IMG/VR virus record: IMGVR_UViG_3300003324_000465
Location: 32,001-96,000 of that record
Strand: one strand, 5' to 3'
From: a virus
DNA: 64,000 nt
The notes beneath the pieces were generated by a model, which was given only the letters and a program-made list of their open reading frames with translations, ran no database searches and was not told the DNA's origin. This document shows positions 20,072 through 30,508 of the stretch, one piece after another (within the stretch, counting starts at the first letter, position 1; every line of letters starts with the position of its first letter). Made by a program: the position numbers and the translations under genes.

Positions 20072-20730
20072 TATACATCCTCTATAATATCTCTAAATTG
20101 TTGCATGGACATTATAATATAATTACCTAAAGGCATAGTAATTTGCATTGCCTTCATACCTTGTATTGATGTCATATTACAATCAATAAACGTGCGCGAG
20201 GTACCATATCCTAAAATAGTACGACCATGTTTGTTTAGACTAATATCAACGCTTATAGGCAATTCTAGCATCTGTTCTAATATATCACTATATTTATTCT
20301 TGAAACGGTCAATAAGAACATGCTTTATATCCTCAGAACGCATAAATACATAATATCCTTGTGTTCTAAAAAAATGAATAACAAGGATTCCAAATTTACC
20401 ATTCATTGCAATAGTATCATCATATAATTTCTGAAACCATTTCTGATACAGTATTACGGTACTCTCATTACGCGCATTAACACCAGACGATGATTTACAT
20501 TCTATAATAAGCTTGCCGGGATTATTTATGAATTGTATTTCTCCATCACCCTTATAGCCCTTAAAAGCACCTGAGCCAATCATACGTCTGCCATTAAGAT
20601 ACTTTGCTACATGATATTCAAGCGCATTGCCACGGCGTTTATTTGTCTTCGCTTGTAACGCTTTAGCACTCTTATGCTGCGCTTCACTTGTTAATGGAAT
20701 ATCTTTCTTAACTTTCCTTAGCTTCCTCAT
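20071..20730 (-). CDS. Holliday junction resolvase-like PD-(D/E)XK nuclease
   Basis: RGNALE...GSGA...GD...IECK. Confidence 0.7.
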   Translation of the reverse strand: MRKLRKVKKDIPLTSEAQHKSAKALQAKTNKRRGNALEYHVAKYLNGRRMIGSGAFKGYKGDGEIQFINNPGKLIIECKSSSGVNARNESTVILYQKWFQKLYDDTIAMNGKFGILVIHFFRTQGYYVFMRSEDIKHVLIDRFKNKYSDILEQMLELPISVDISLNKHGRTILGYGTSRTFIDCNMTSIQGMKAMQITMPLGNYIIMSMQQFRDIIEDV

Positions 20731-21121
20731 CTATACGCACTTCCTTGTAAATCGGTTCGTTACCTTCTGGTTTTACTACTCTCTCATGCGCTGGTAACAC
20801 TGATTCTGGTACTTTTGCACCATCTGACATTATCGGCGGCGATATATCAGTTGCTACTATCTGTCCTGTATCATTGTCATGTACATACTGTTTTGTATTT
20901 GTAGGGAATGCATCAGCTAAACGTTCTTCTGATGATTTTATGTGATCTTTGTCTTCTACTATCTTTTGTTCAAATGGATCATTATATTCTTGTTTTGGAT
21001 AAACCTGTACTCTTACCGAAGTGTCTTTTATAAATATTCGTTTAAAAAATTTCATATTTTCTATACTCCCTAATAAGTCTTTTTGATATTTACGCAATAA
21101 TATATCATATAAATTTGTCAT
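20708..21121 (-). CDS. Hypothetical protein
   Basis: Coupled ORF. Confidence 0.55.
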   Translation of the reverse strand: MTNLYDILLRKYQKDLLGSIENMKFFKRIFIKDTSVRVQVYPKQEYNDPFEQKIVEDKDHIKSSEERLADAFPTNTKQYVHDNDTGQIVATDISPPIMSDGAKVPESVLPAHERVVKPEGNEPIYKEVRIDEEAKES

Positions 21122-21123
21122 AT

Positions 21124-22362
21124 TTAATCCACTACCGCCCCTACAAATCTTTGATAGGCACCTATGAACTGTACTGCTGTGATACCTAAACTACCGAGTC
21201 TGTTCTTATGCCATTCAATGATCATGTTTTTCACCGATCCTGTATCATCATCTAATTTTATCTCTAATGCTGCATCCACTACTGCCCCTACTTCTCCACT
21301 GTCTCGGAATCTAAATGTACTGTTATTTCCTTCTGTAATTTGAGAAAGTATTACAATTGTAATACCTTCACGTTTAGCAACTGCCTTTAGCGTTTCAGCA
21401 ACCTCACCTAAATCATTATTATCATTTTTCGTAGGCTTATGATTTATTAACTGCAAATAGTCAAGAAATACTACACGAACGCCATGCTTGTGTACATATT
21501 TGCGAATTTCATAAACCATTTGAGGTAAAGTAATCTTAGCATTATCTATGATATACATTGGCATTTTTTGTATACCAATAGCCGCTTTTTCAATCCTATG
21601 CAATTCATCTGATGATATATTACCTGATCGTATATTTTTTGTATCTATAGATACAAGATCAGCTATCCATCGCATAACCAATTCTTCTCTTGCCATTTCA
21701 AGAGAAAATATAAGTGATGCTTTAGGATCTTCATCTTGCGCCATGCGTAGCATAGAATTACCTACCAGCGCAGTTTTACCACTACCATGACCGCCCAATA
21801 TACCAATTAATGTTTTTGGGGGCCATTCACCACCTAACTTATTATCAAGAAAAGGTAATCCGGTGCTAATAAATCTATAATCACCTGCAAGTTTCGCATG
21901 CACATTACCTAAAAATATAGCAACACCCGTATGAATAGAACCCTCTTCTTCCGCCATTACTGGCGGCATATCAAGTGCTTCTCTTATCTTACGCTCATCT
22001 GGCGCAAAATCTTGTGATAACTCTTTTAGTAGTAAAGAACGCTCGTATAACTGTCGTTTACGTGCTAACCTTACACCTTCATCCACTGCGCTACGTATTT
22101 CAGCGCCTTGTGCTGCAAATAACTCACCTGGAATATTTCCTTCAAGATGTTTATTTATACCTTCAAAAGTTATTACACCATAATCAATAAACGCCATTTG
22201 TATAGCACGGAATATATCTTCTCTCATATCTGTGAAAATAGCAGGAGAAATGCGATTTACCCAATCTATATTTTTAGGTTCTAATAGCGCACCGAGTATA
22301 CGCCATTCCACATCTGTATCTTGAATTTTTGTTTCTGCTGTTTTATGTGCTTTATTGAGCAT
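21124..22362 (-). CDS. dnaB: DnaB-like replicative helicase
   Basis: GGHGSGKT, FSLEM, FLDYLQLI, ILSQI, RDSG, KNR. Confidence 0.93.
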   Translation of the reverse strand: MLNKAHKTAETKIQDTDVEWRILGALLEPKNIDWVNRISPAIFTDMREDIFRAIQMAFIDYGVITFEGINKHLEGNIPGELFAAQGAEIRSAVDEGVRLARKRQLYERSLLLKELSQDFAPDERKIREALDMPPVMAEEEGSIHTGVAIFLGNVHAKLAGDYRFISTGLPFLDNKLGGEWPPKTLIGILGGHGSGKTALVGNSMLRMAQDEDPKASLIFSLEMAREELVMRWIADLVSIDTKNIRSGNISSDELHRIEKAAIGIQKMPMYIIDNAKITLPQMVYEIRKYVHKHGVRVVFLDYLQLINHKPTKNDNNDLGEVAETLKAVAKREGITIVILSQITEGNNSTFRFRDSGEVGAVVDAALEIKLDDDTGSVKNMIIEWHKNRLGSLGITAVQFIGAYQRFVGAVVD

Positions 22363-22591
22363 TGTTTGCCTCTCTTACTAGTGCTTCAAGTATTGGCTCA
22401 TCCTCTCCAGATAATACGCGGGCAATTATATATGCCTTCTCATCTACCGTTAAATGATAACTGCGCGGATCAAATAACGTACGATCTATCATAATATATC
22501 TTGCACGTAAACGCTGCGTTAATTCTTGTGCAATATCTGTATACGGTGTAAAAGGGTTTCTTTTTAAGAGTTCTAATATCAATTCATACAC
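22352..22591 (-). CDS. Hypothetical protein
   Basis: Coupled ORF between primase and helicase. Confidence 0.55.
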   Translation of the reverse strand: MYELILELLKRNPFTPYTDIAQELTQRLRARYIMIDRTLFDPRSYHLTVDEKAYIIARVLSGEDEPILEALVREANNAQ

Positions 22592-23459
22592 GTTGTAACC
22601 TCTTCCATGTATTAAACGGTAATGCGCTATTCACTACTATATCAAAACCTGTTTTACCATATGTAAGAATAAACTGGTCTATATCCATCTTTTTTTCACC
22701 AAACAAAGGTAAAGTTGCTATTTTAGGTCCGTCTAATTGCATAGCTGCTTTCTCAATAGCCGTTCTCAGCGAATGTACATTTTTATTCTGTGAATCAAAT
22801 AACAATATAATGTGTTGATTAGCTTGTTGTCTAAATCCCTGTTTCCAGATACCCATTCCTGGCAAGGCCATTGTAGGATAGCCTATTTGTACAGCAAGAT
22901 CGGCTTTTATTTCACCTTCTGTTAGTATAATAATGTTTTCTCTATGCAGATGGTAATTATACGGATAATCAGCCCCGCGATAATATGCGCCATTGAATGG
23001 AGATTTATATTTTAAAGGATCATCCCTAATACTTCTACCACGAATATCTACAATTGTGGTATCATCATACATATATGGAAATGTAACACGATCTGCTAAA
23101 AATGCCTCTCCATTCATAGATAAACCAGCTTCTATAGGTACTTGACCATTATAAAGCGGAGATTTGCCTTTAGGGCAATAACCTATCTTCAGATTCTTAA
23201 TAGTTACATCATTTAATCCCCGCGCATATAAATATCCTAATGCTCGCTTATCCAATGAGCTATGATAATACAATGCTGCTTTGTTGTAAAAATGACGTAT
23301 TTCATCTAAATACGGTGATCGTTCCTTTTTCTCTGACCTGTCTAATCCTTCTCTCAGGTAATAATTACATCCCGGAGAAAAGCAATAACTTAACCCATTC
23401 ATAGGAGTAACATAAAGAGTTTCTTTGCCACATATCGGGCAAGCTGTTTTATAATTCAT
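22584..23459 (-). CDS. dnaG: DnaG-type DNA primase
   Basis: N-terminal CPICG..C..C zinc domain; TOPRIM TEGEIKAD, FDS, DIDQF; start reassigned to MNYKTACP. Confidence 0.88.
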   Translation of the reverse strand: MNYKTACPICGKETLYVTPMNGLSYCFSPGCNYYLREGLDRSEKKERSPYLDEIRHFYNKAALYYHSSLDKRALGYLYARGLNDVTIKNLKIGYCPKGKSPLYNGQVPIEAGLSMNGEAFLADRVTFPYMYDDTTIVDIRGRSIRDDPLKYKSPFNGAYYRGADYPYNYHLHRENIIILTEGEIKADLAVQIGYPTMALPGMGIWKQGFRQQANQHIILLFDSQNKNVHSLRTAIEKAAMQLDGPKIATLPLFGEKKMDIDQFILTYGKTGFDIVVNSALPFNTWKRLQRV

Positions 23460-23527
23460 ATATTCATGTCTTATAAAAGGAATGAGAGCACATGCTATAT
23501 ATGCTCTCATCTTAAATAGTATTATTT

Positions 23528-23623
23528 TCACCAGAAGCCTTCTAAGATATTACCCCTACTTCCCTATAGATTTACTAGTAGCGTGCCTTACAATGGTTCT
23601 GGTGACGTTACAGGGCATTGTAA
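23528..23623 (+). repeat. ~100-bp dispersed intergenic element, copy C
   Basis: TCACCAGAAGCC...AGCGTGCCTTACAATGGTTCTGGTGACGTTACAGGGCATTGTAA. Confidence 0.75.
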
Positions 23624-23627
23624 CACA

Positions 23628-24572
23628 TTACTCTTCAAATGTTGACTTCTTGCGCGATTTTTTAGCTGTACTCTGATCTAGTTTTTGCGTTTTACCTGTG
23701 TATGCTTCTGGATTAGTAAAATCTATATCGTTTTCCGAAGATTCCATAAGAGAAGGATATGTAGATATATTATATTCTTCAAATATCTCTAATAAATCAC
23801 GACCTTCCAAAAGATCATTCAATGCATCATGCGGCCATGGTTTAACCCATGATGCAATATCATAACGCGGCATTGCTAAAAATACTGGTGAAATTGGTTG
23901 GAAATTTGCTGTAATAAAGAATGATCTATTGGTTTTAATACCTTCGCCAGTTGTCTTTAGTTTAATATCTACTTCATGTAGTTTCTTAGGCTCTCCATCG
24001 GGACCTTCAATGCTAGTTCCAAGATCAAACAAACTTTGTAGATCATGTTTTCCTCCCTCTGGTCCAGAACTTCCTTCCAAAATACGTATTTTATTAAGCG
24101 GCTTTGCTTCCCCTACTAAAGGCTTTGGTAATACCTTGCTACTATTAGCAATACGTACAAATTGATTTTTTTCATCTGGATAGATGAGTTGTCCTTCTTC
24201 TGTAAACATTACAGGTGTCTTATCTATAACATTTATTGCAAATCGTGTTTTAAATCCACGTCTCTCTTGTGATCCTTTTTCATAATTCTTTGCTACATAT
24301 GCCCACAAGGGATCACTAAAAGGATTCTTCCAATCAAGGAAAACACGCACCTTTGATTCTACACCACCTTTAAGACCAGTCCACCAAGTTTCACGGAAGA
24401 CTACTTCATCATCAGGCTCATTTAGTATATTACCTTCTTCATCTACGCCAGGCAATACACGTAGCAAACGTATACCTGCATGACGATCAACAAACTGTGT
24501 TTCAAATACTGCTGTGCCTTCACTGTTACCACCAATATTAACTTTTTCTTTAAGCTTCTGTCCAAACGCCAT
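23628..24572 (-). CDS. Single-stranded DNA-binding protein (gp32-like)
   Basis: LRVLPG, RFAINVID, GEGIKT motifs, charged C-terminal tail, position next to primase; start at MAFGQ with GGAG RBS. Confidence 0.65.
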   Translation of the reverse strand: MAFGQKLKEKVNIGGNSEGTAVFETQFVDRHAGIRLLRVLPGVDEEGNILNEPDDEVVFRETWWTGLKGGVESKVRVFLDWKNPFSDPLWAYVAKNYEKGSQERRGFKTRFAINVIDKTPVMFTEEGQLIYPDEKNQFVRIANSSKVLPKPLVGEAKPLNKIRILEGSSGPEGGKHDLQSLFDLGTSIEGPDGEPKKLHEVDIKLKTTGEGIKTNRSFFITANFQPISPVFLAMPRYDIASWVKPWPHDALNDLLEGRDLLEIFEEYNISTYPSLMESSENDIDFTNPEAYTGKTQKLDQSTAKKSRKKSTFEE

Positions 24573-24721
24573 TGCTATGACTCCTTCATAAAATAATGCG
24601 TATTCATAAGCCTTCATGCGATTCCGCTTTGGTATGAGGAATTTCTGAGGTAATGGCAGTATACCATGGAAATATACATGAGTCAACTAAGACTTTAGAC
24701 CTAAAAATATTCCGATTATTT

Positions 24722-24830
24722 TCACAGGAAGCCCTTAGAGGAAATAAAAAAAGCTACCCCTATCCTTTTATATAAATAGGGGTAGCGTGCCTTACAATGG
24801 TTCCTGTGAGCTTACAGCGGCATTCTGTAA
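24722..24830 (+). repeat. ~100-bp dispersed intergenic element, copy D (contains a terminator-like hairpin)
   Basis: TCACAGGAAGCCC...AGCGTGCCTTACAATGGTTCCTGTGAGCTTACAGCGGCATTCTGTAA; internal GCTACCCCTAT/ATAGGGGTAGC hairpin. Confidence 0.75.
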
Positions 24831-25100
24831 TGGAGAGGTAACAGCTAAAACATCATCACTAAAAAAATTTGTTTTTATAATCAATTCGCCATGCTGTTCT
24901 AATAAACGATCAATTGTAGCTTGTAGTTCTGGATCAATATATAGCTGTATTTCTTTGGAATCACGTTTAAACCATAAACCAAAATCAAATGCAACTAATT
25001 CTTTTGTATACGTAGGTTTAGAAATACGAATTTTACCGATATTTTTTATATTTAGTTCTGGAGAAAGAGATTGTGTCTTGTATCGTTTACTCATCTTCAT
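24792..25100 (-). CDS. Hypothetical protein
   Basis: ORF in operon. Confidence 0.55.
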   Translation of the reverse strand: MKMSKRYKTQSLSPELNIKNIGKIRISKPTYTKELVAFDFGLWFKRDSKEIQLYIDPELQATIDRLLEQHGELIIKTNFFSDDVLAVTSPLQNAAVSSQEPL

Positions 25101-25275
25101 ATCCTAATAATTCATTCACTTCGCGAGCATAATCATTGATTGTATCAAGAAGTATTTTACGTAATTGCGATGTTAATAATCCGTATTTCTCTAAACGTAA
25201 TAATAATTCTTTTATATATTTACCGCGAATATTATCTAACTGTACTTTCATTAAGTAATCCTTCAAATATAGCAT
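25087..25275 (-). CDS. Hypothetical protein
   Basis: ORF in operon (start probably MKVQL). Confidence 0.5.
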   Translation of the reverse strand: MLYLKDYLMKVQLDNIRGKYIKELLLRLEKYGLLTSQLRKILLDTINDYAREVNELLGYEDE

Positions 25276-26449
25276 GAAATTGATTAGCTATACTTGACCA
25301 TCTGTACTTATCTTGCGTAATCAGATCATATCCTTTCTTTCCCATATGTAAACGATATGTTTCATCTCTATATAGTTTATCTAGTGCTTCTATCGTACAC
25401 TTCATTTCTGGTACACCGCCTATGGTATTAATACCTTTAGGTGTAATATAAGGTATATTATTTATATCAATATATTCTACACCACCATTAGCCCATTCTT
25501 GTAAAGCTGAATGACGTGGTATAATGTTAGGTATGCCACAAGCCATTGATTCTGCTGTTGTAAGACCCCATCCTTCGCCCATGCTGGTACTTAGTTTAAC
25601 ATCGGCTAGATTATAAAGATATACTAACTTGTCTAATGGGATACCCTCTCTTGGATGTATATAGTGTGATGTGAAGATAATTCGATCATGAATATGTGGC
25701 GTTTTTCCGTATTCTCGTATGTATTCTGCATCTATATATTTTCCTAATTGACCGAGATCATAACCTTCATCCTTTAATGCTCCATGATAATAAAAATACA
25801 CATTTTTTGGTATATCTCTCGTTCTCACCCATTCTGCAAAATAGTATAATCCAAGATCAATTCTTTTTCTTATACTGTTACGATCTACCATTTGAACAAT
25901 ATACCAGTCTTCTGGAATACCAGTTACATTACGTACTTCTTTTTTATATAATGGGCGAAATAATTGTGTATCTACACCATGCGGTATATCTGACATAGGC
26001 ACAGTTACACCAGCATAAGATAATTCTCTTTGTGCAAATTTTGTATAAGGTATAATGAAATCGAATGCATTTAACCGTTCACCAAACATCGGTTTAATGT
26101 TTTTAGCATCTACTGGCGTATATCCTACCTTCTTACCATATGTTTCAGAAAGTAAAGGGCTAAATTCAGACAATACCCATGGATCGTTAATAAACAATAC
26201 AATATCTGGTTTTATATGCTGAGATAATTCTACAATTCTACCAATACCGTAAAAATCACCATATTGCACTGCTTGTGGATTCCAATGCCGCGCCTCTTTT
26301 AATATTTCATGAGGATCGCCATAATAATTAGTTGCAAGTACATCTATTTCCCATCTATCTTTTAAATGATGTATAAGATTGTGTGTTACTTGCGCAAATC
26401 CAGTAGATACTGCCGAATCTGCAACTATAAATAATTTCCTTTTATCCAT
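25232..26449 (-). CDS. GT-B (GT4-like) glycosyltransferase
   Basis: TGFAQV, IPHGVD..FRP, RNSIRK, EGWGLTTAESMACGIP. Confidence 0.9.
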   Translation of the reverse strand: MDKRKLFIVADSAVSTGFAQVTHNLIHHLKDRWEIDVLATNYYGDPHEILKEARHWNPQAVQYGDFYGIGRIVELSQHIKPDIVLFINDPWVLSEFSPLLSETYGKKVGYTPVDAKNIKPMFGERLNAFDFIIPYTKFAQRELSYAGVTVPMSDIPHGVDTQLFRPLYKKEVRNVTGIPEDWYIVQMVDRNSIRKRIDLGLYYFAEWVRTRDIPKNVYFYYHGALKDEGYDLGQLGKYIDAEYIREYGKTPHIHDRIIFTSHYIHPREGIPLDKLVYLYNLADVKLSTSMGEGWGLTTAESMACGIPNIIPRHSALQEWANGGVEYIDINNIPYITPKGINTIGGVPEMKCTIEALDKLYRDETYRLHMGKKGYDLITQDKYRWSSIANQFHAIFEGLLNESTVR

Positions 26450-26461
26450 ATCCTTTATTCC

Positions 26462-27058
26462 TTATATATCTGCGGTGGGTATATATGCTAATGGGAAAAT
26501 TGACCGTATTGGTGTTCCTAAACGACTGCCGAAAAATGAATTTATTTCATCTAAATCATTTTGTAGTAATCTTGTGATAGACCTTTCAGATCCAAGATTA
26601 CTAAATCGTATATCCTCTGTACTCCATGATACAAAACTGCTACTGCTACTTGCTACCTGTGATCTACGTAACATGTATACTGCCGCGCTAATTATTACTG
26701 GTCTGTCTATATTTGCAATAATAGGTGGCGATCCTTGTGTAAATTCAATGTATGGATTGCGAAATACAGAACCTTCTACTAAACTATCAGGTATATTAGC
26801 CTCTCCATTAGCAGTATTAATACGTTTGTATCCTACTGGTACATCAGATGGTTGTGGGTTTAATAAAGACTCTTCCCAGAATATTTGATATTTTGCACTC
26901 CATCTGTTTTGTAAGTAGTCTATCCCATATGCCAAAGCACTGCGTATTACAGTATCACTATAGAGATCGCCTGTAAGATCACCAAATTGTAAACGTGTAG
27001 GGCTTATCAGATAATCTAGATTTGTGGGCTCTGTGATAAATATTACATTCGTTGTCAT
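26462..27058 (-). CDS. Putative head-tail adaptor/neck protein
   Basis: RLQFGD...YSD N-terminus and SWSTEDIRFSN C-terminal motif typical of neck proteins. Confidence 0.5.
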   Translation of the reverse strand: MTTNVIFITEPTNLDYLISPTRLQFGDLTGDLYSDTVIRSALAYGIDYLQNRWSAKYQIFWEESLLNPQPSDVPVGYKRINTANGEANIPDSLVEGSVFRNPYIEFTQGSPPIIANIDRPVIISAAVYMLRRSQVASSSSSFVSWSTEDIRFSNLGSERSITRLLQNDLDEINSFFGSRLGTPIRSIFPLAYIPTADI

Positions 27059-27264
27059 TATGGTTCTAACTTCATATTTTTACGCTTATCCTCTAGCAAT
27101 TTTTCTAATTCTTCAATACTAGTAGAATTAAAAGCTATCTTTTTATCTTGTTCTATTAATTGCGGAAGAATAGTATTTATTGCTGTGATAAGATGCCGCG
27201 CAGTTGTTAATTCTCCGATAACCTGTACTCTGCCATCTTCTAAAAATAAAATACCGTTTATCAT
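27058..27264 (-). CDS. Hypothetical protein
   Basis: Coupled ORF. Confidence 0.55.
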   Translation of the reverse strand: MINGILFLEDGRVQVIGELTTARHLITAINTILPQLIEQDKKIAFNSTSIEELEKLLEDKRKNMKLEP

Positions 27265-27635
27265 TGTGTTTTTGTCCTTTGTAGTGGAGTAAGTTCAGAG
27301 CGTGCCAAAGCTCTAATTGGAATAAATGCCCCGCTATTATCTGTCAGATTTTTTATCTGTATAATTATCCATATGTAATTTGCTCCAATATGTAGTGTAT
27401 GTCCACTTCCTAATTTAGCAGGAAATGGTACAATATCAGATAATACATGTTTTGAAGCAAAATCATATTCAAGTATCCATTCGTCAATATAGGGATTGTA
27501 TCTATAAAGTAGTGCTGTATCAGGATCACAATCACTTAATACCCAGAATGTTTCATTATCACTTTTTGACTCACCATGATTACTATAACAAGGTTTTCCA
27601 TTTTTTGATTTTAATTGAAGCATGCTACCTATCAT
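27261..27635 (-). CDS. Hypothetical protein
   Basis: ORF downstream of the tail fiber gene. Confidence 0.55.
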   Translation of the reverse strand: MIGSMLQLKSKNGKPCYSNHGESKSDNETFWVLSDCDPDTALLYRYNPYIDEWILEYDFASKHVLSDIVPFPAKLGSGHTLHIGANYIWIIIQIKNLTDNSGAFIPIRALARSELTPLQRTKTQ

Positions 27636-27648
27636 TTATACCTCTTTA

Positions 27649-30492
27649 TTATACTCTAAAAGATATTCCATTAAGAGAGAAAAACGCATTGCTACCTACT
27701 GTTGCTTGCACATTACCAGCGGTATCAATAGTTACTCTTGCAAATGCATCGTTAGCTACTGTTGCAAATATCTGCGCGTTAGAAGGACGATATGCCGCTG
27801 GTAATGTAAATATAGCTGCTGTGATTGTGCCGTTTTTAACTAAACCTCTTAAATGCACATATCCAAAAGCATCTTTCCAATAACCGGCGTTTTCAAAACC
27901 AGAGCCATAATTTACCCAACTATTAAGTAATGTAGGCGCAATAACTGATTCAGTAGTAATACTTCCAGTAATAGTCATACTACCACTTAGATTAAGTGTC
28001 GCATTATCAATATTCACTTCTTTAACAGAAGAAGAAGTATGAACTATAGATAATGAAGGTCCTGTACCAGCACCACTTTGATTAGCTGAAAAACGAACAG
28101 TTGACGTTTTACCTGATACCGAAAATACATCAAGATCAATTCTTGTATGATACCCAGATATAGCTTCCCCAACAATAGTAGTCTTATTTCTTAATAAATC
28201 AGTATCCTGATACGCATATATAGAACTTAACAACGTAGAACTTACATACCACTTAATCTTATTTGCGTCATTCTGACCTTGTGTTATTGAAATTCCATTA
28301 GCGTCTATTATAACTGCACCAGCACCAGCACTAATTTTACCATCACTACTTTGAATACGTACTTGTAATGTACCGCTGCTATTATATCCGCTCACACCAT
28401 TACTGTCAATAACAATACGTTGCGCGCTAGAAGCTGTTTGGATAGTGAAATTGCTACCAGTTAATACTAGATTTGTGCCATCCCACGCAAAATATGTACC
28501 TGAACCATTACCAATACTGAATTTTGTTGTGCCGCTATCATTACCTAAATAAAAACCTGTACCTGTAGCATACGCCGTCATACCACTACGAATATATCCA
28601 TTGGTATTGATTGTTAATGTACCTGTGGATGTTTGGATTGCTGATAGTGTTGTTACTGATATATGCCCCGCGTTTATTGTACTTGCCGCGATATTAATAC
28701 CTTTAATGTCTTCTGCCTGTATATCATCAGATTGTATTACTCTACGTGGGTAAAATTCCCGAAAAGAATAAGCCCCGCTGGCATTTTTATGAAAAATAAT
28801 AATATATCGTGCTTCTATAAGTGAAGGTAGATCAAATCTATATACTCCTGAAGACTTTAAGAATGAATTTGTATCTGCAAGAGATTGATTCGCATACTCA
28901 ACTAATGTTGTATTTTGTCCTGTAGTACCTGTAGCAGCTAAAGGACCTGCAAACCATCGCCATGTACTACCATCCGCTGAAGTTGCAAAATAAAATGATG
29001 TATTTGTTGCTGAGATACTTAATGTAATGGGTTTATAACGATCTAATTGGGGTCTCGACGCCTGTGTCCAGCGAAATACTGAACTAGAACCGTATGTTAC
29101 AACTGTTGTTGTAAGATCACCATCTTTAAGACCATTTAATGTTGTAGGAGATGTGGATACACTATCGCTGTATGATGTCTCAGCGCGCAATTCATCAATT
29201 GTTAATGCATCTACGTAAATACCACTAGCTACAACAGCAGTGCTTTTTCTATCATACTTATCAACTGCTTTAACACTTACATCATATGTACCCGCTGAAT
29301 TAAGCGATACCGTTTGTATATTATCTGGAGATGTAAAACTTGAAACTGTTGTTACACCATTAAGAACACTAAACTCATAGTGATCAAAATCTAATATATT
29401 TGTAGAAGGAGTAACAGTAATACCTAAACTACTAAATCCACCTGTAGCTTGCACTGTACCAAATGCATTAGGTGGGGCCATGTTAGTTGCTGTTCCCGTA
29501 GCTGCTACTGATTGTTGATCTAATAAATCGCGGGCAATTATACTATAGCTTAAAGCATAATCACCACTACTAAGCGTAGGAGTATGATCAGCTTTGTTAT
29601 TGAAATATGGATAGATAACAAAAGGTGTTTTTGTTGTAATATTTTTTGAATCTAGTGTTAATATATAATCATTTGCATTTGTAACAGTAGACCATTGAAT
29701 TGTTAAATCTTCATCAGCCGTACCATCATCGCTTTGCCATGAGTGTGCAATTCCTGAAGGTGTTCCAGGGATAGGAGCTACTACAGATACAATTTCTACA
29801 CTCGCGCCAGATGTATTACCCCATGAATTACTTGTTACATCGACAAGTACACTCGTTAATGGAGTTCCTAAACCGATACGTCTATTCTCTGCTGCTGTTA
29901 ATATAAACGGTGATTCACGCTGCCAATACGTGTTGTATAAAACTGTACCTGTTGCATTCCATATACGAATGCGCGCATTTTTATAAGCTTCGTCATTCGG
30001 CTGATCCCATGAAATAATGAGATTACTATTCTCAAATTCACCAGTTACATTCGTTACATCACTAGGAATGAGTGTGTCTTCTATAGTTGTTATATTTAGA
30101 ACATTACTCCAATCGGATTGAATTGTTCTTATACGTGGTGCTATACGTATCCAGTAGTCTGTATCAGGTTTTAAATAAAGTGAAGCAGTTAAACCATATG
30201 CAATAAATGATTCTTTATTTAATGTAAATGTGTCATTTTCAGCATACTGTACTATATAATCTTGTGGTATTTCACCATCTGGATGCTGCCATCCTATATT
30301 TACTACAATTGTAGGCGTAGCAGCACTACGAAACACTGCTTGATCAATAAATTCCAAGGTATCAATGGATTGTGGTAAGTGGATAGCCGACCCTGCTACA
30401 CTTACTGATTGTGTTATTATTTCTCCATCACCTATTTGTGATATTGCTTTATCATCTATTTGTCTTTTAGGTCTATCTTTTCGTGTAGGCAT
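27649..30492 (-). CDS. Central tail fiber / host-specificity protein with FN3-like repeats
   Basis: FN3-like W..Y..L.PDTDY segments; TGTGFYLG repeat region; C-terminal LLNSWVNY...VHLRGLVK...FTLPAAYRP receptor-binding head. Confidence 0.8.
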   Translation of the reverse strand: MPTRKDRPKRQIDDKAISQIGDGEIITQSVSVAGSAIHLPQSIDTLEFIDQAVFRSAATPTIVVNIGWQHPDGEIPQDYIVQYAENDTFTLNKESFIAYGLTASLYLKPDTDYWIRIAPRIRTIQSDWSNVLNITTIEDTLIPSDVTNVTGEFENSNLIISWDQPNDEAYKNARIRIWNATGTVLYNTYWQRESPFILTAAENRRIGLGTPLTSVLVDVTSNSWGNTSGASVEIVSVVAPIPGTPSGIAHSWQSDDGTADEDLTIQWSTVTNANDYILTLDSKNITTKTPFVIYPYFNNKADHTPTLSSGDYALSYSIIARDLLDQQSVAATGTATNMAPPNAFGTVQATGGFSSLGITVTPSTNILDFDHYEFSVLNGVTTVSSFTSPDNIQTVSLNSAGTYDVSVKAVDKYDRKSTAVVASGIYVDALTIDELRAETSYSDSVSTSPTTLNGLKDGDLTTTVVTYGSSSVFRWTQASRPQLDRYKPITLSISATNTSFYFATSADGSTWRWFAGPLAATGTTGQNTTLVEYANQSLADTNSFLKSSGVYRFDLPSLIEARYIIIFHKNASGAYSFREFYPRRVIQSDDIQAEDIKGINIAASTINAGHISVTTLSAIQTSTGTLTINTNGYIRSGMTAYATGTGFYLGNDSGTTKFSIGNGSGTYFAWDGTNLVLTGSNFTIQTASSAQRIVIDSNGVSGYNSSGTLQVRIQSSDGKISAGAGAVIIDANGISITQGQNDANKIKWYVSSTLLSSIYAYQDTDLLRNKTTIVGEAISGYHTRIDLDVFSVSGKTSTVRFSANQSGAGTGPSLSIVHTSSSVKEVNIDNATLNLSGSMTITGSITTESVIAPTLLNSWVNYGSGFENAGYWKDAFGYVHLRGLVKNGTITAAIFTLPAAYRPSNAQIFATVANDAFARVTIDTAGNVQATVGSNAFFSLNGISFRV

Positions 30493-30508
30493 TTATTTCC
30501 TTTGTTCT

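Noticed and set aside
27649-30492. Diversity-generating retroelement targeting the tail fiber
   Set aside because: No reverse transcriptase and no template/variable repeat pair seen in the window.
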